A stretch of DNA of 54,387 nt, counting the filler, from Sphacelaria rigidula (lineage: Eukaryota), in the NCBI GenBank assembly GCA_964200075.2. It is 5 parts of 5 records of this genome, joined end to end, with 100 filler letters (N's around TTAATTAATTAA, not from the genome) between each part and the next. Parts side by side here need not be neighbours in the genome. Positions count along the whole stretch, not along the records: positions 21,799 to 32,595 come from CAXNAA020005892.1; positions 32,696 to 43,491 come from CAXNAA020005893.1; 3 more parts are not named here. One strand, 5' to 3'. The notes under the pieces are model-generated. The model saw only the letters and a program-made list of their open reading frames with translations. It was not told where the DNA came from and did not search any database. The first letter of the stretch is position 1. Every line of letters starts with the position of its first letter. Shown here in pieces: positions 24,129-35,700 of the stretch. The position numbers were made by a program, and so were the translations under genes.

Positions 24129-25849
24129 CAAGACAATTGTTTTCGTGTCGAAAACGTGCGGTCGAATCGAATTTTCTCGTCCCTGACTCGTCCACGCGAT
24201 ATATTTTCTCAGATGGTTGAGAACATGAATGCCGTGCACGTATCAGGTACGTACGAGCAAATTCGATTTCACCGTACATTTTTCAGTCGAAAACAATGTA
24301 ATTAGGGCATGATTTAGCACAATACACCTCTTCGGCAGCACGGTATCGGTCGGGACGAGTGTAGAAGGGTCAGTGATCGCGTAGCGGGCTAGGGTTCGGT
24401 CCATGGCCTTCCGATACCTTATGATTTTAACTCTTTGGGAACCCTCCCCTTCCGTCCCCGGGTCAGACGCCTCATTATTTTAAATACTGACAAGGAAGAA
24501 AATATAGGAACATAAAAGACCGACGGCAATCATTGACACGGCGGGAGGCCACAGAAGAAAGAATCCACCAACATACCTTATGCGCGCACCAAAAATGTCA
24601 CCCCGGTGCAGTCAGATTAGTTGACTAGTGTCATCCAGAGGGTCAAGTTTGTCCAAGTTTGTGCACACAGCCAAGATCAGCACTTCCGTCTCTGAAGTCT
24701 ACACAAACAAAAATCGGCACCACATCTTCATTTTTTATACACGGAGTCCCGTGCGGCACTGGGGCGTATTTTTTCACGGGTCTGAAAAACACGCCTCGGG
24801 CTAATAGTTTTGTGTGAAAGCTGTAAATACTGAACCAAACGTCGTTCAAAGAGCAGCACCTCGAAATCCACACTTTTACATCGCCAGTACCAAAAGGGTT
24901 GATGGTGTCGATGGCTCGTTCACTGCAAACAGAGGTAAACAAGTTTTGGTGAGTTTGAGAGGAGAGGATACGATTAAAAGTGAAAAGCGGTCAATTAGTG
25001 AATGAATCGTTTCAATTCCGAAATGCCCCTCCACGAAGCCCGATATTCTTTCTGTAGTAACTTGCCACTGAGACGCTTGATACCACTGAAGAGGATATCC
25101 ACGTGAAGCTGTAAGCACACGGCAATGACGAAGTCAAAGAAGAAACACAGAGAACGAAATATCGGCTATGTTAAAGCGACTGATCAAAGCCGCCCTCAGT
25201 CCGCGCTCTACTCTCAACCTCGCAAAAACATTTTTGTTAGGTGTTGTGCAGACGCAATGGAGAACGCGACAAATGTTAGGAATCTCTTATCTTGGGCGAG
25301 ACTCGAGTTTTATTATCTCTCCGATTTCAGAAGAAATGCTCACAATTAAATAAAAAGTTTGAAGAGGGGTTTCGATAACACATCTTGTTTTTCTCAGAAA
25401 CGTGCAGGCCAAGGTACTCCTACTCCTATTCTCTGCTCCAAAGGTCTTTAGGTCAGGGTTAACAAGAGCATGACATGTGCGCATGTACACCAGCGCAGAT
25501 TTTGGGCCTAAATCACGCGCATCGCAGATTCTTCGAAGGGGCATTTGCAGCTTGCTGTAGAAAAGATGTGCGGACGTACTTTCCGCCAGTCGGTGAATAA
25601 GAAATGAGTGTTCTTGTTTCATGTCGTAGTCTTTCCGAAAGGCACAGAGCGGGTACTTGCAGATTTGCGGATCGAAAATGAACCATTTTAACCCATATTT
25701 CGATCAATCTTTTGGCGTTTCTCGAGAAAGCCCATACTGCAGTCAAGAGGCTGAAAATAAACTCATACAATCCATCATGCTTTGATCGATTTTGGCGTAT
25801 CTTTACACGAAAAAATCACTCGTTGGACAACTCATGGGTTAACTCACTT

Positions 25850-26040
25850 ATGCTGTAAAACTCACCGGTCGAAAATGTACATGCACCGCTGAGTTAGCTT
25901 CTATACCTCACTTGACCAGTACGTGCACTGCTGAGGTATCCTCTTTAACTCACCCGACGAGAATGTGCACTGCTGAGTCATCTTGTACTTGTCACCTGGC
26001 CAGGATGTGCACCACTGAGTTTTGTTGCTATAAATCACAG
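25850..26040. repeat. Degenerate ~42-bp tandem repeat
   Basis: About 4 units of the form CTCAC....GTGCACTGCTGAG. Confidence 0.7.
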
Positions 26041-27336
26041 GTGTAATATTGTGAAATGAGTTAACTCGAGTTAACCTGAGTCCAGTTGCTCGACGTGTGG
26101 AAAAGCCCTATGGTACGCTCCGGCGACCCGTACGCGGGGGATGCCCTCCGGGGGGTGCGTATCGCCTCAAGCCCCCGTATGCGCCAGCGCACACGGTGGT
26201 TTGTACCGTTTTTTAACCCTGCTGCAGGTACTCCAGTAGCAAGCAGTGCATCAGTCTTGCGCCCCCCCGACAATGAGAAAAATCGAATCTGACCCCATTT
26301 CATCCCGTCGCGCACTGCTGCAACGTCTTACCCCAAGGTTCAGCGACATGGGCTTGTTGACTGCGGTTCACATGACATGTGGCCGAATTTTCAGCGTGTT
26401 GTAGCACCGACAGCTCGCGTACGACCGTGCAGAGCACCTCCACAGGCGATATGCAAATGATTTTTGTGCCGATAGTCGTTTTTCACAGTGCATCCCACTA
26501 GAGATCGATGTTGTTTCCCAGAATGAGGGAGGAGACAGCTTGGGCTTGGTTGGGAACGTTATGTTGTCTTGGAGGTTGTTCGGGTTGTTTCTCATCATCC
26601 TAAGGTGAAGTGCACTCTGGCAGATTCTTGTCCGCCGACGCTCCTTGCACTTTCCGATTTCTAATTCTTATTTTCCCCTCGAGTTCAACACACATGCTCA
26701 CCTACACATTCCTAAATGTTTTTTTTTCAAAAGAGAGAGAGAGCTTTGACATCTTTAATGAGGGGATGCTCAACGTTTGTCGCGCTCTGTATTGCGCGCG
26801 AGCGAGTGTGAATGTAGGTCAACGTCTTGATGCCATCGGGTCCTGTCAGGATTTAAGCCTAACGAAAATACATTCTTGGCTCGTATCGCAAGTTTTGCGG
26901 AGACTTCGGGTTCTTCGCTCGGAATTTTTCGGACTCTTCCCATAACGAAGCCCGTCGAAGGTTCACCGAAGGTGAATTTCTGTAGACAAGCATAAAAAGA
27001 AAGTACCGACAGCTGCCCGGTGTAGCCGGTGACCTTCGCCAGGACTGGCAATCTCCTGCAACGAGATTGTCTTTCATGAAGGCCCAAACTCCAGTTTTCA
27101 AATTCCCGCGTGGGCAACGTCGGCTAGTGTTCGCTGCAAAAAACATATTCCGAAGAGGCGGCGTGTGCCGACACGACTGTTGTTGTAACATTTTCGACGG
27201 GAGCGGCATCTCACGAGTCGTCTCCGCAGGCGAAGGCACGCCGACAGTCATTTCCCCTCTGCCTTGTTGCCGTGGGAATGCATTGGGTGGCTGAATTATC
27301 GCGCAATATGCATCTTGCCCTGCGACTCACGAGCAT

Positions 27337-27579
27337 TTTTTCTTCTCTTTTCCTTGAAGGAAGAAAAAAAACTCACCCAACACTTGCCCCGCGAACGGGG
27401 TCGTGCGACGATTACCCGAAAGGTCAGCTAGACCGCCTCGCGGCAGTCATGTGGGGTAGGCGCCACTAGCGTTCGGAAAGCGTTGCTCGAGGTACTGTGG
27501 GACTCGAACCCACTAAAACCCCTCGTCAATTTGGCACAGTGCACACCCCGCCCTACTCCCATGAGCTTCGGCCCTAGGT
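27337..27579 (-). mobile_element. Full-length tRNA-derived SINE (family B) with 13-bp TSD
   Basis: Minus-strand head GGGCCGAAGCTCATGGGAGTAGGGCG and B-box GTGGGTTCGAGTCCCAC, with an A-rich 3' tail. Flanked by the direct repeat GACTCACGAGCAT at 27324-27336 and 27580-27592. Confidence 0.8.
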
Positions 27580-28406
27580 GACTCACGAGCATGGGGCGGA
27601 GCGATGAGGCCTTAAAGCCTACCCTCCTTTCATTATTGCGGAGGTCATCTATCCATTACTGTTGTGTCTTGCACCTTACACGGTGAGTTAATCAGTAGCG
27701 GATGATCAAACGGAATTTCATTCTTTAATCGCGGCCAGAACTGCATCGAGGGCGCCCGGCGGCGCATGTCTATCATTGTGAACATGTCTCCCCCACTTTT
27801 ACAAAGAGAACCATACCTCGACAAATCACTTTTTGCTCCAGTATCTGAACTCAAGAGCTATTCCCACGCCATCTCTCCAGTTTTCCCCAACCACTAGTCA
27901 TGATCCAATCATGAAGCGGAACGCCAACGAAAGCGCCGACAGTAGCACCGACAGTGCTTCGATCTCGCTCGATAGCACCCTAATATCGAAGCACCCGACA
28001 GAAGAGCACGCGCGCGAAAGCCTCAACTGCCGGCGTTGCCACGAAATGCAGCGCCCGTCTACTTGAAGACCTCAAACTACAGCGTTGAGCACCGCCTACA
28101 TGAACCATGATTCAAATGCAATGGGTACGTGGTCTTGCGACATCCCCATCCTCACTGGTACTTCACCGCCGACCTCGCCAACATCGATCCGCACCTGAGA
28201 GGAAAACGCAGCACGCGCGGACAGCATGAAGCGTGCTGGCAAAGGATAAAACGACTGTAAATCGTGTTCCGCGGACGTCTCGTGGGGTAATAAATGGAAG
28301 GGCATCGCCACGCCGAGTACTTCTTAGATATATGCCATGCCTCCCTCGAACATTTGGGACCTACGTGTTGTTACCAATCAGGTTCAGCCGGAAAATAAGG
28401 AAATAC

Positions 28407-29396
28407 TAGGGCTGGGTACTGGCGAAGCCAGTCAGGATCCTGTGTGCTGGCTGCGCTGTATGCTGGCTGCGCAGCCAGCATACAGGATCCGATCAGTACT
28501 CTGGTGTCGCCGCGCTACCATCGGCCCCCTTCGGCTGGTGAGGGGACCCCGCCGGAGGCGCTTTTTTACGCGATTTGGCTTCACTAGGGCATAAGAAATG
28601 AGTGATTTTGGCCCATGTGACAGAGGCACTATCGCGGGGAAAACGATAGAAATTTCGAGGACAGCGCCCAAATTTATTGGTTTTCTACTCTTCTACATGA
28701 GGGAATGTGGTACAAATTCAACCCTTAGACCGCGAGGTTAGTCTAGCTGGATCATGCATATTGTTTTTCACTTGAAATTGATGTCGGTTCAACAGGAGAC
28801 TAATCTCGCGGTCTAAGGGTTAAACTTTGCAACACCTACAAACCCCAGGATCTCCAAGATCGTGGGAAACGTAGTCCGTGCATATGAAGGTTCATGAAAC
28901 TGTATGTTCCACCAAACCCCTTACTTTGGGGAGTATTAAAAAAATGCAAGCAACCACGTAGAAGCCCTACAAAACCAGCAGTTGAAAGCACAAGGCACAA
29001 GGTCACAAGGTGGTGAGCGGCACTCTTGTTTACTGGACTGGACAACCTCTCGAAAAAAAACGAAGGAAGCAACGACACGGCAGTCCTGGAATTAAACCAA
29101 GAAGCCATGAAAAAAACAAAAAACAAAGGGGACACGAACCAGCATAGCATGCTACAACAGTATGTAAGAGATACAACGGTGCCAAAGCTACCCAACCGAA
29201 ACGTACACCCTGCACAAAAAACAGCGACTAGTACCAGCACAACAAGCAGAGTCATTACGATGGCGATTCTTTTCGCTATCAGCCTTTTCAGCGTAGATGT
29301 GTATGTACTGGTGTACTGGCGGGGCCGTCTACCAGTGCATATGCACTGGCAGCACACATGCACTGGCAGTACGTACTGGCTCAGTACCCAACCCTG
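28407..29396. mobile_element. Non-autonomous hAT element
   Basis: TIRs TAGGGCTGGGTACTG and CAGTACCCAACCCTG. Flanks GGAAATAC and GAAAATAC match 7/8 as a TSD. Subterminal GTACTGG/GCACTGG repeats. Confidence 0.75.
28722..28819. mobile_element. 98-bp piggyBac-like MITE nested in a hAT element
   Basis: TIRs CCCTTAGACCGCGAG(G/A)TTAGTCT. Flanked by TCAA and TTAA. Confidence 0.75.
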
Positions 29397-29952
29397 GAAA
29401 ATACGGTGTTGAGAAATCCAGGTCACCACAGCCATCAGAATAGATGGACACCTTCCGGTTAGGAGAAAGCGACAACAAATTTTATCGAGCGGGCACAATA
29501 GTGTACTAAAACCCACGTCATCGACACATATCAGCGAGAACAGATGTCTTCATCGCAGAATAAGCACAGTCATGAGGATACTACCCTGGAAAGTGGTCTT
29601 GTTCACGAAGCGTTTTTATTTCTGCTCTATTGCACGTCTTCCAAAACACGAGAAGAAAAATCCCGACCTCATCCAAAACTTTTACTGCTGAAAAAAATCT
29701 GCCGGTCTTACATTGATATATTGGACGATCTAGTTGAGAAATTGACTCTCGCACTCTTCGTATAGCACATTTCCCCCCCCCCGAAATATTCGGAGATTTG
29801 TGTAGGAAAAATAGACCCGGCAGCAATACCCCTAGGAAGCGACCGTTACGATGAAAAAAAAGCAGGAAGAAAAAAATATTTGCGCCGAATTTATCGTTTC
29901 ATTTTCATTTTCTTCTCAGTCGTGGATTGTGGAGCCCTCCCCCTCTGCCACG

Positions 29953-30020
29953 GCGGCGTACTCATTTGTTGCTTGCCTCAGTAGTTCGAACATTGGCCAC
30001 GCATCCCTTTAGAGACGGAC
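29953..30020 (-). mobile_element. Short 3'-terminal fragment of the LINE family seen at 14600-15563
   Basis: GTACTCATTTGTTGCTTGCCT-AGT...CATTG-C-CGCATC...GAGACGGA matches 14613-14672. Confidence 0.7.
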
Positions 30021-31411
30021 GACCAGGGAGCAGGGAGATAGTGTCCAGCTCAAGCCGTGAATCACTCATGTTGGACACTTACGATGGTGGCATCAAAATA
30101 CATGAAGCAGGTGTGTTTTCTGTCAAGACTGTAAAGCCTGAAGTACCGACAGCAACACAGGAACCCTGCAAAATCAACGTTGTGAGCGCCGGGAGAGCAC
30201 GAACGGACAACCTCAGGGAGTGCATCTCCTTCTAATGTGTGCAACACGGCAGATACGCACAAGGCAGTTTACTAAATCCTACCATTATAGTGCAGAATGT
30301 ATGATATGAGATTCCAACATAAGCCCACTTGTCGTTTACAACAGCACTCACCTTAGGCCGACTTCCGCTTCATCACGCACGATAACCTGTTGCAGATTGC
30401 CGTTTACAATGTCCCCGCCCACGTCTTCACGCCTGAATCAGAAGATGTGTCGGGGTAGGTGCTGTAATCAGACCCCTTCGAAATCGCCCGCCACGGCTTC
30501 GCCGTTTCTGTTACCCCCCGACTCATATTCATCCCCTATCCCCCCCTTAGTCCTTCAGTGATTGAGCCGTCTTGTGCACCGATGCTTGAGGCGCACTCCC
30601 CCTTGTCCCCACGTAGTATGGGATGGCAACCCTTTCCCCGACTTTGCGCACGTGTAATTGCCCTTGCACCTGTGCTTCTCCGCCGCCAAACGGCCGCACC
30701 CACACAAAACCAAATCTTGCCTGTGGTGTCAATGTGCACATGCCCGGCCTAGTCGAGCAGCGCAATGACGTGATCGGATCCGGTACGACAGCAACCGTGG
30801 TTGCAGCACGGGCACAAGCGATGTGATAAACTAAGCCAGAGCGAAAACTTTTCCAGCGGGACAACATGGAGGCATTGGACGCAAGAAAGCATCAACAGAT
30901 AACTATACCAACACCCGCAAAAATCCCCAGGTCATTGAGACGTGTTGCTGCCCCCCTTGGAATCAAATATATTGAAATAGATCTTAGTGACAACATGTGC
31001 GGGTTGGGTATGGGAGGCCGTGAAAATAAATGAAACTACAATGACCGAAAAAATATCGTACAACTGCGGTTCCCGCTCAGCTGAGCGGCTGAGCGGGTAC
31101 CACGACATTTGCCAGTGCAGTGCCGTACATCACCCCTCAAGTACAGCGTCAACAGCTCGGAGAGTACAGTAGCGTTCGTTATAGTGACAAATATGACAGC
31201 GCAACACAGCATAAAATATTACCATCGCCGCAGGGCACGGCGTCAGCACTTTATTATTCGCTTCTCCCCAAACCCCGTGCGAAGTTGCTTCAGCAGCTGC
31301 GGCGGGCAGTAGACATGCCCTCCGCTGTCACGAGATTGTCTTCTGCTGCCGTTGCAAAAATATCAAACGCCTCGTACTCTGGCAGTGTACGTCAATGCAC
31401 ATACGTCACCT

Positions 31412-31499
31412 AAAAAAATCGGGGGGGGTCACGATCTCGGAACGGTTTCCGCAGATTTTTTCGGGAAACCGTTCCGAGATTGTGACCCCGTGATTTTTT
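31412..31499. repeat. Inverted repeat, ~37-bp arms, 13-nt loop
   Basis: GGGGTCACGATCTCGGAACGGTTTCC pairs with GGAAACCGTTCCGAGATTGTGACCCC. Confidence 0.85.
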
Positions 31500-31706
31500 C
31501 GCTGCTGATTTGGTCCGAATCCGTGTCCATACAATGCGTTCCCCGATTTTTCCCCCACCGATTTTGAAAAAAGCAAGATTTGTGCTCGCCATAAAAGTGG
31601 GTCCTATCACGTCCTAAATAGAGCTTCCTGGGGTTGTTTTTAAGTTGACCCTCGCTTGGTGGCCATTCTATTTATTCCTCATGTGTAATCTGTTTTTCTA
31701 CAAATG

Positions 31707-32265
31707 TAGAAGTCCGAATTTTTGTTGGAATCGACCAATATTCAAAATTCGGTTCCGAGCCACGAATTATTCGTCGAATTATTCGAACGCGGAGTGAAAA
31801 TTCGAACCCGTGCAGCGTAATGAATATTTCGCCCCCCTGCGGCTGCTGCCACAGGGTCCAGTGCTAGCCTCAACACCCTACACACGCTGTAGAGCATAGG
31901 CAAAAGACAGTACATGATACACGATATCCCTACCGGTACTACAGTAGCTCGGAACCCTAGGTCCCGGGCTCATGGCTGCAGCTGCCGGGGAGACCGCCTC
32001 GTTTGTTGTCGATGGAGGTGACAACCATGACTCGAACTCGGAGGATGACACCGTGCAAGTAGAGCCAGGAAGTGTCGACCCACCGCCGCCGCAGAAGCAG
32101 GTGAGGAGAGGGTCAGCATCAGGGGCCAGTAGCGTTTGGATTTGTTTTAAAGGAGAGGCGCAAGGGCAGATGCTTGCATTTTGCACTAAAACATGTCGGG
32201 CTGCAGGAAAACTCGAGATGGTACGAGCTGGGCCAGCCGAGAAGCGATTCTGCAGTTTGCAGGCC
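31707..32265 (+). mobile_element. Probable 5' end of a hAT-type transposon with a truncated BED-finger-like N-terminus
   Basis: GAATTATTCG-type subterminal repeats at about 31735-31830. The ORF from ATG 31972 contains SSVWICFK...AFCTKTC (BED-like) and is cut off by the foldback at 32266. Confidence 0.45.
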
Positions 32266-32536
32266 GATAATACGGCCAATACTTGGAGTTGGACCCTGAA
32301 ATTTGGTATGGAAAATGAGTAGGGCATAATAAAAAAAAATACTGGCGTACACAAGGGATTTTTCTTTTTTTTCATGAGTTAAGGGAATTTTTTACCGATG
32401 TTCGAAAACTGATTATTGCCCTTGAGTCATGGAAAAAAACAAAATCCCTTGTGTACGCAAGTATTTTTTTTACTATGCCCTACTCATTGACCATACCAAA
32501 TTTCAGGGTCCAACTCCAAGTATTGGCCGTATAATC
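32266..32536. repeat. Foldback element, ~120-bp imperfect arms
   Basis: ATACGGCCAATACTTGGAGTTGGACCCTGAAATTTGGTATGG at the left end, with its reverse complement ending near 32532. Confidence 0.9.
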
Positions 32537-32595
32537 AACCGTTTAGTGACGGGGTCAGGAGAAATTCGGGACCGTATTTTGCAGGCCATTTACAG

Positions 32596-32695
32596 NNNNN
32601 NNNNNNNNNNNNNNNNNNNNNNNNNNNNNNNNNNNNNNNTTAATTAATTAANNNNNNNNNNNNNNNNNNNNNNNNNNNNNNNNNNNNNNNNNNNN
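32596..32695. other. Artificial contig linker
   Basis: N44-TTAATTAATTAA-N44. Confidence 0.98.
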
Positions 32696-33297
32696 GTGCA
32701 TATTCTCTGGGTATTGCGTTCGTCATCAGCCGGGGAATAAATTTTGGGTATTCAATCTGAACCATCTTGTATGCACTAGCGACTCTCCACCCAAAATTTC
32801 GAAGCACATCTCTCAAAAACCAATAGGGGTTATTCAGATTTAGTGCATTTAGTGCCTATGCTCGTAATATGTTGATCTTGGTATGGAATATTTTGCGCGC
32901 CATATCTCGACATAATTAACGAATTAGGTGAAAATGAGGGTATCTATCGTTTCCCCGTTCTCCAGGGAATGTTCACACCAAAAATCGTCATCATCCGCTG
33001 TATACATCGTTCGGGGTTTCATACAGACGTCAGTATAGACGCCATCTGCGTACGGTATAGAAATTACCAGACATGGGGTTTAATCAATGGGAAAAGGTCG
33101 GCCCAGATTTTTGAGCAGATGGGCACCTGCCCTTCGAGTAGAAGATTGATACGATATGCGGATCACGGCCCAACTCGTCTGTGTCGATGAGATATTGCTT
33201 TCAGATCCGTTTCTAGGCTGGACCAGCCTGTAGCACTACGATGTCTGCTTGGCAAGCTGACATGTACCCACAGAGCTAGGCTTTGTGCAGAAAATAG

Positions 33298-35365
33298 CAA
33301 GGTTGTGTTTTGCAGGGTGCGGGTATGTTCTTAGATTCCTTACAAAACTTACAGAAATATCGAGTACCGGTATGAAAGTCTTACTGGAACTACAAAACTG
33401 TCGGGTACCGGTTTGAGGGTCTTACAGAAACTACAGGACTTGTCGGGTACGGCATGCTGGGAGGCTTGCAGAAATTCCGTGCCGGCAATCGGGTATTTCT
33501 TCAAGAGCATACCCGCGCTCTGGATACGGGTAAACATTCTGTACAGAACTCACATATATGTCAGGTAAGATCATAGGAGGCTTACAGAATTTGCACCGAA
33601 AACTGTACCCGCAACCGGGTATCTCATCAAGAGCATACCCGTGCCCGCCGGTAACGGTACGGGAGGCTCACAGAACTCACAGAACTATCGGGTAAGGGTA
33701 TGAAAGTCTTACAGAGGTTATAGAACTGTCAGGTACCGGTATAAAAGTCTTGGAGAGATTACAGAACTGTCGGGTATCGGTATGAAAGCCTTACAGAGTT
33801 TACAAAACTGTCGGATACCGGTATAAAAGTCACAGAACTGTAAGGTACGGTAAACACTTGGGGAACTACCCCGGGTATACACAAAACCGTACCCTGCACA
33901 ACACGACCTTCGTATTGTCACCACCTCTGTGGTGGGACCTATGTCACTACAGTGGCGAGCTGCGAATGACACTTCACGAACATTTCGAACGGCTTCACGG
34001 AGTCGACAGAGAAATATTACGCGAACACTCGCAGTAGTTCATGTGCACGGGATCGTCAACATCTCTCGGCTTCACATACACTCCCAGAGAGTGCATGAAG
34101 GAGCATTTACGGCTGCCCGTTCTCTGGACCCGTTCGGCGCGACAAAATCGTCGACGGCCTGGACGACTTCCGGTCACAGCTCATACTCTTTGCTGTGCAT
34201 GTCGATAATGGCCTGGGGTTTGATTGCCACGACAAAACCGTCGTCAACGTCGATGATGTGCGCGTCTTGCTACTCGATCCCCTGGTCGCGCAGATGAACC
34301 GCCCCCGCTCGAGCCACCCCTCGAGTCTGGGGGCGATCCATCCTGACGGCCTGCGGTGCTGCTCATGTTTCGTGTTTCCACACAGCAGCATCTCGTATCC
34401 CGTCAGATTCCAAACTAAAGAACTTTCCAACATTAACATTTTTAGGGGCCTACACGTTACACCCGTTACGTGTCACGTCGTGTCACGTTTCACGTCAAAA
34501 GTCAAGCCTGGCTAGTACTACGGTGGGGGACGGGAACTACGTGGGGAGCCCTGTTCAAAAGTCAAGTCAAATCAGGGCTCCCCAAGTGGTCCCCCACCGT
34601 AGTACTAGCCTGGCTTAACTTTTAACGACTTTTGATGTGAAACGTTAACGTAACGAGTGCAACGTGTAGACCCTTGGAATTTTTTGTTGGTGCAGAGTGT
34701 TGAATGAAGGAGTAGGGTGGATTCATCGAAGGGAGGCACGTGTTCACGTCATGAGGTTGTGTTTGGACTAAACCTATTTCCATACCTCCCCAAGGTATAT
34801 ATACCTGTGCTCTAACCCGCCATCGGGTATATCTACAACGGTATACCATAACCCCGGGTAGGGTTGTAAAAGATTTACAGAGCTCAGAGATATGTCGGGT
34901 ACCGGTGCTGGATGAAAGTCTTACAGAGATTACAGAAGTCGTTGGGTACGGTATGCTGAGAGGCTTACAAAAAAAACGTACCGGCAGTCGGGTATTTCTT
35001 GAAGAGCATACCCGCGCTCCGGGTACAGGCAAACATTCTGCACAGAACACACAGAATCGTCGGGTAAGGGTATGAGAGGCTTATACAACTCGCAGAACGT
35101 GTCGAGTGTAGAGGTTGCACAGATAACCGTACCCGCAACCGGGTATCTTATCAAGAGCATATCCGTGCCCGCCGGTAACGGTACGGGACGCTTACAGAAC
35201 TCACGGAACCATCGGGTAAGGGTATGAAAGTCCTACAGAGATTACAGAACTTGTCGGGTACCGGTATGAAAGTCCTACAGAGATTACAGAACTGTGGGGA
35301 ACGGTAAATACCCGGGGATATGCCCCGGGTATACAGAAAACCGTACCGTACAGAACACAATCTTG
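33298..35365. mobile_element. Composite hAT-like element with two direct blocks of ~41-bp subterminal repeats
   Basis: Left TIR CAAGGTTGTGTTTTGCAGGGTGCGG. Right-TIR-like ends at about 33911 and at 35365. Outer flanks GAAAATAG and GAAAGTAG match 7/8. Units ACAGAACTGTCGGGTACCGGTATGAAAGTCTT occur in 33350-33850 and 34860-35300. Confidence 0.7.
34443..34676. mobile_element. Hairpin MITE nested in the composite element
   Basis: Ends TAGGGGCCTACACGTTACAC and GTGCAACGTGTAGACCCTTG. Inner arms GGCTAGTACTACGGTGGGGGAC and GTCCCCCACCGTAGTACTAGCC. Confidence 0.8.
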
Positions 35366-35576
35366 GAAAGTAGGACAACAACAGGAACTGTACTGTGCTG
35401 TTTGGATCGAACAGGAAGGAATTCTACATACTTGATTTACGAACAGACGTATTCGTGCGGTAGGGCGAGCCACCTACCCCGCCGGCTGCCGCTTCTCATA
35501 TCGCACCAAATCCTCCGGGTTTAAGCCGTGTGCCTCTCGTGTATCTGTCGGCACAGGTACACAGGCTGCATCACAC

Positions 35577-35700
35577 ATGGGCGTAGCGGGTTCGACTAGC
35601 GCTTCCGCGGACGGAGAAAAGGCGGCGGAAGAGCGGGGTTTGGAGAAGAGTGGGACAATATTGATACACCATCCTGCCTGTGAATTGCACGACGTTCCAG
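35577..35700 (+). CDS. HDAC exon 1
   Basis: MGVAGS...TILIHHPACELHDVP(G), followed by a GT donor. Confidence 0.8.

Noticed and set aside
26330..27250. Possible hAT/BED transposase remnant on the minus strand (KTGVWAFMK, LAKVTGYTGQL)
   Set aside because: Too degenerate, and no TIR or TSD was found to support it.
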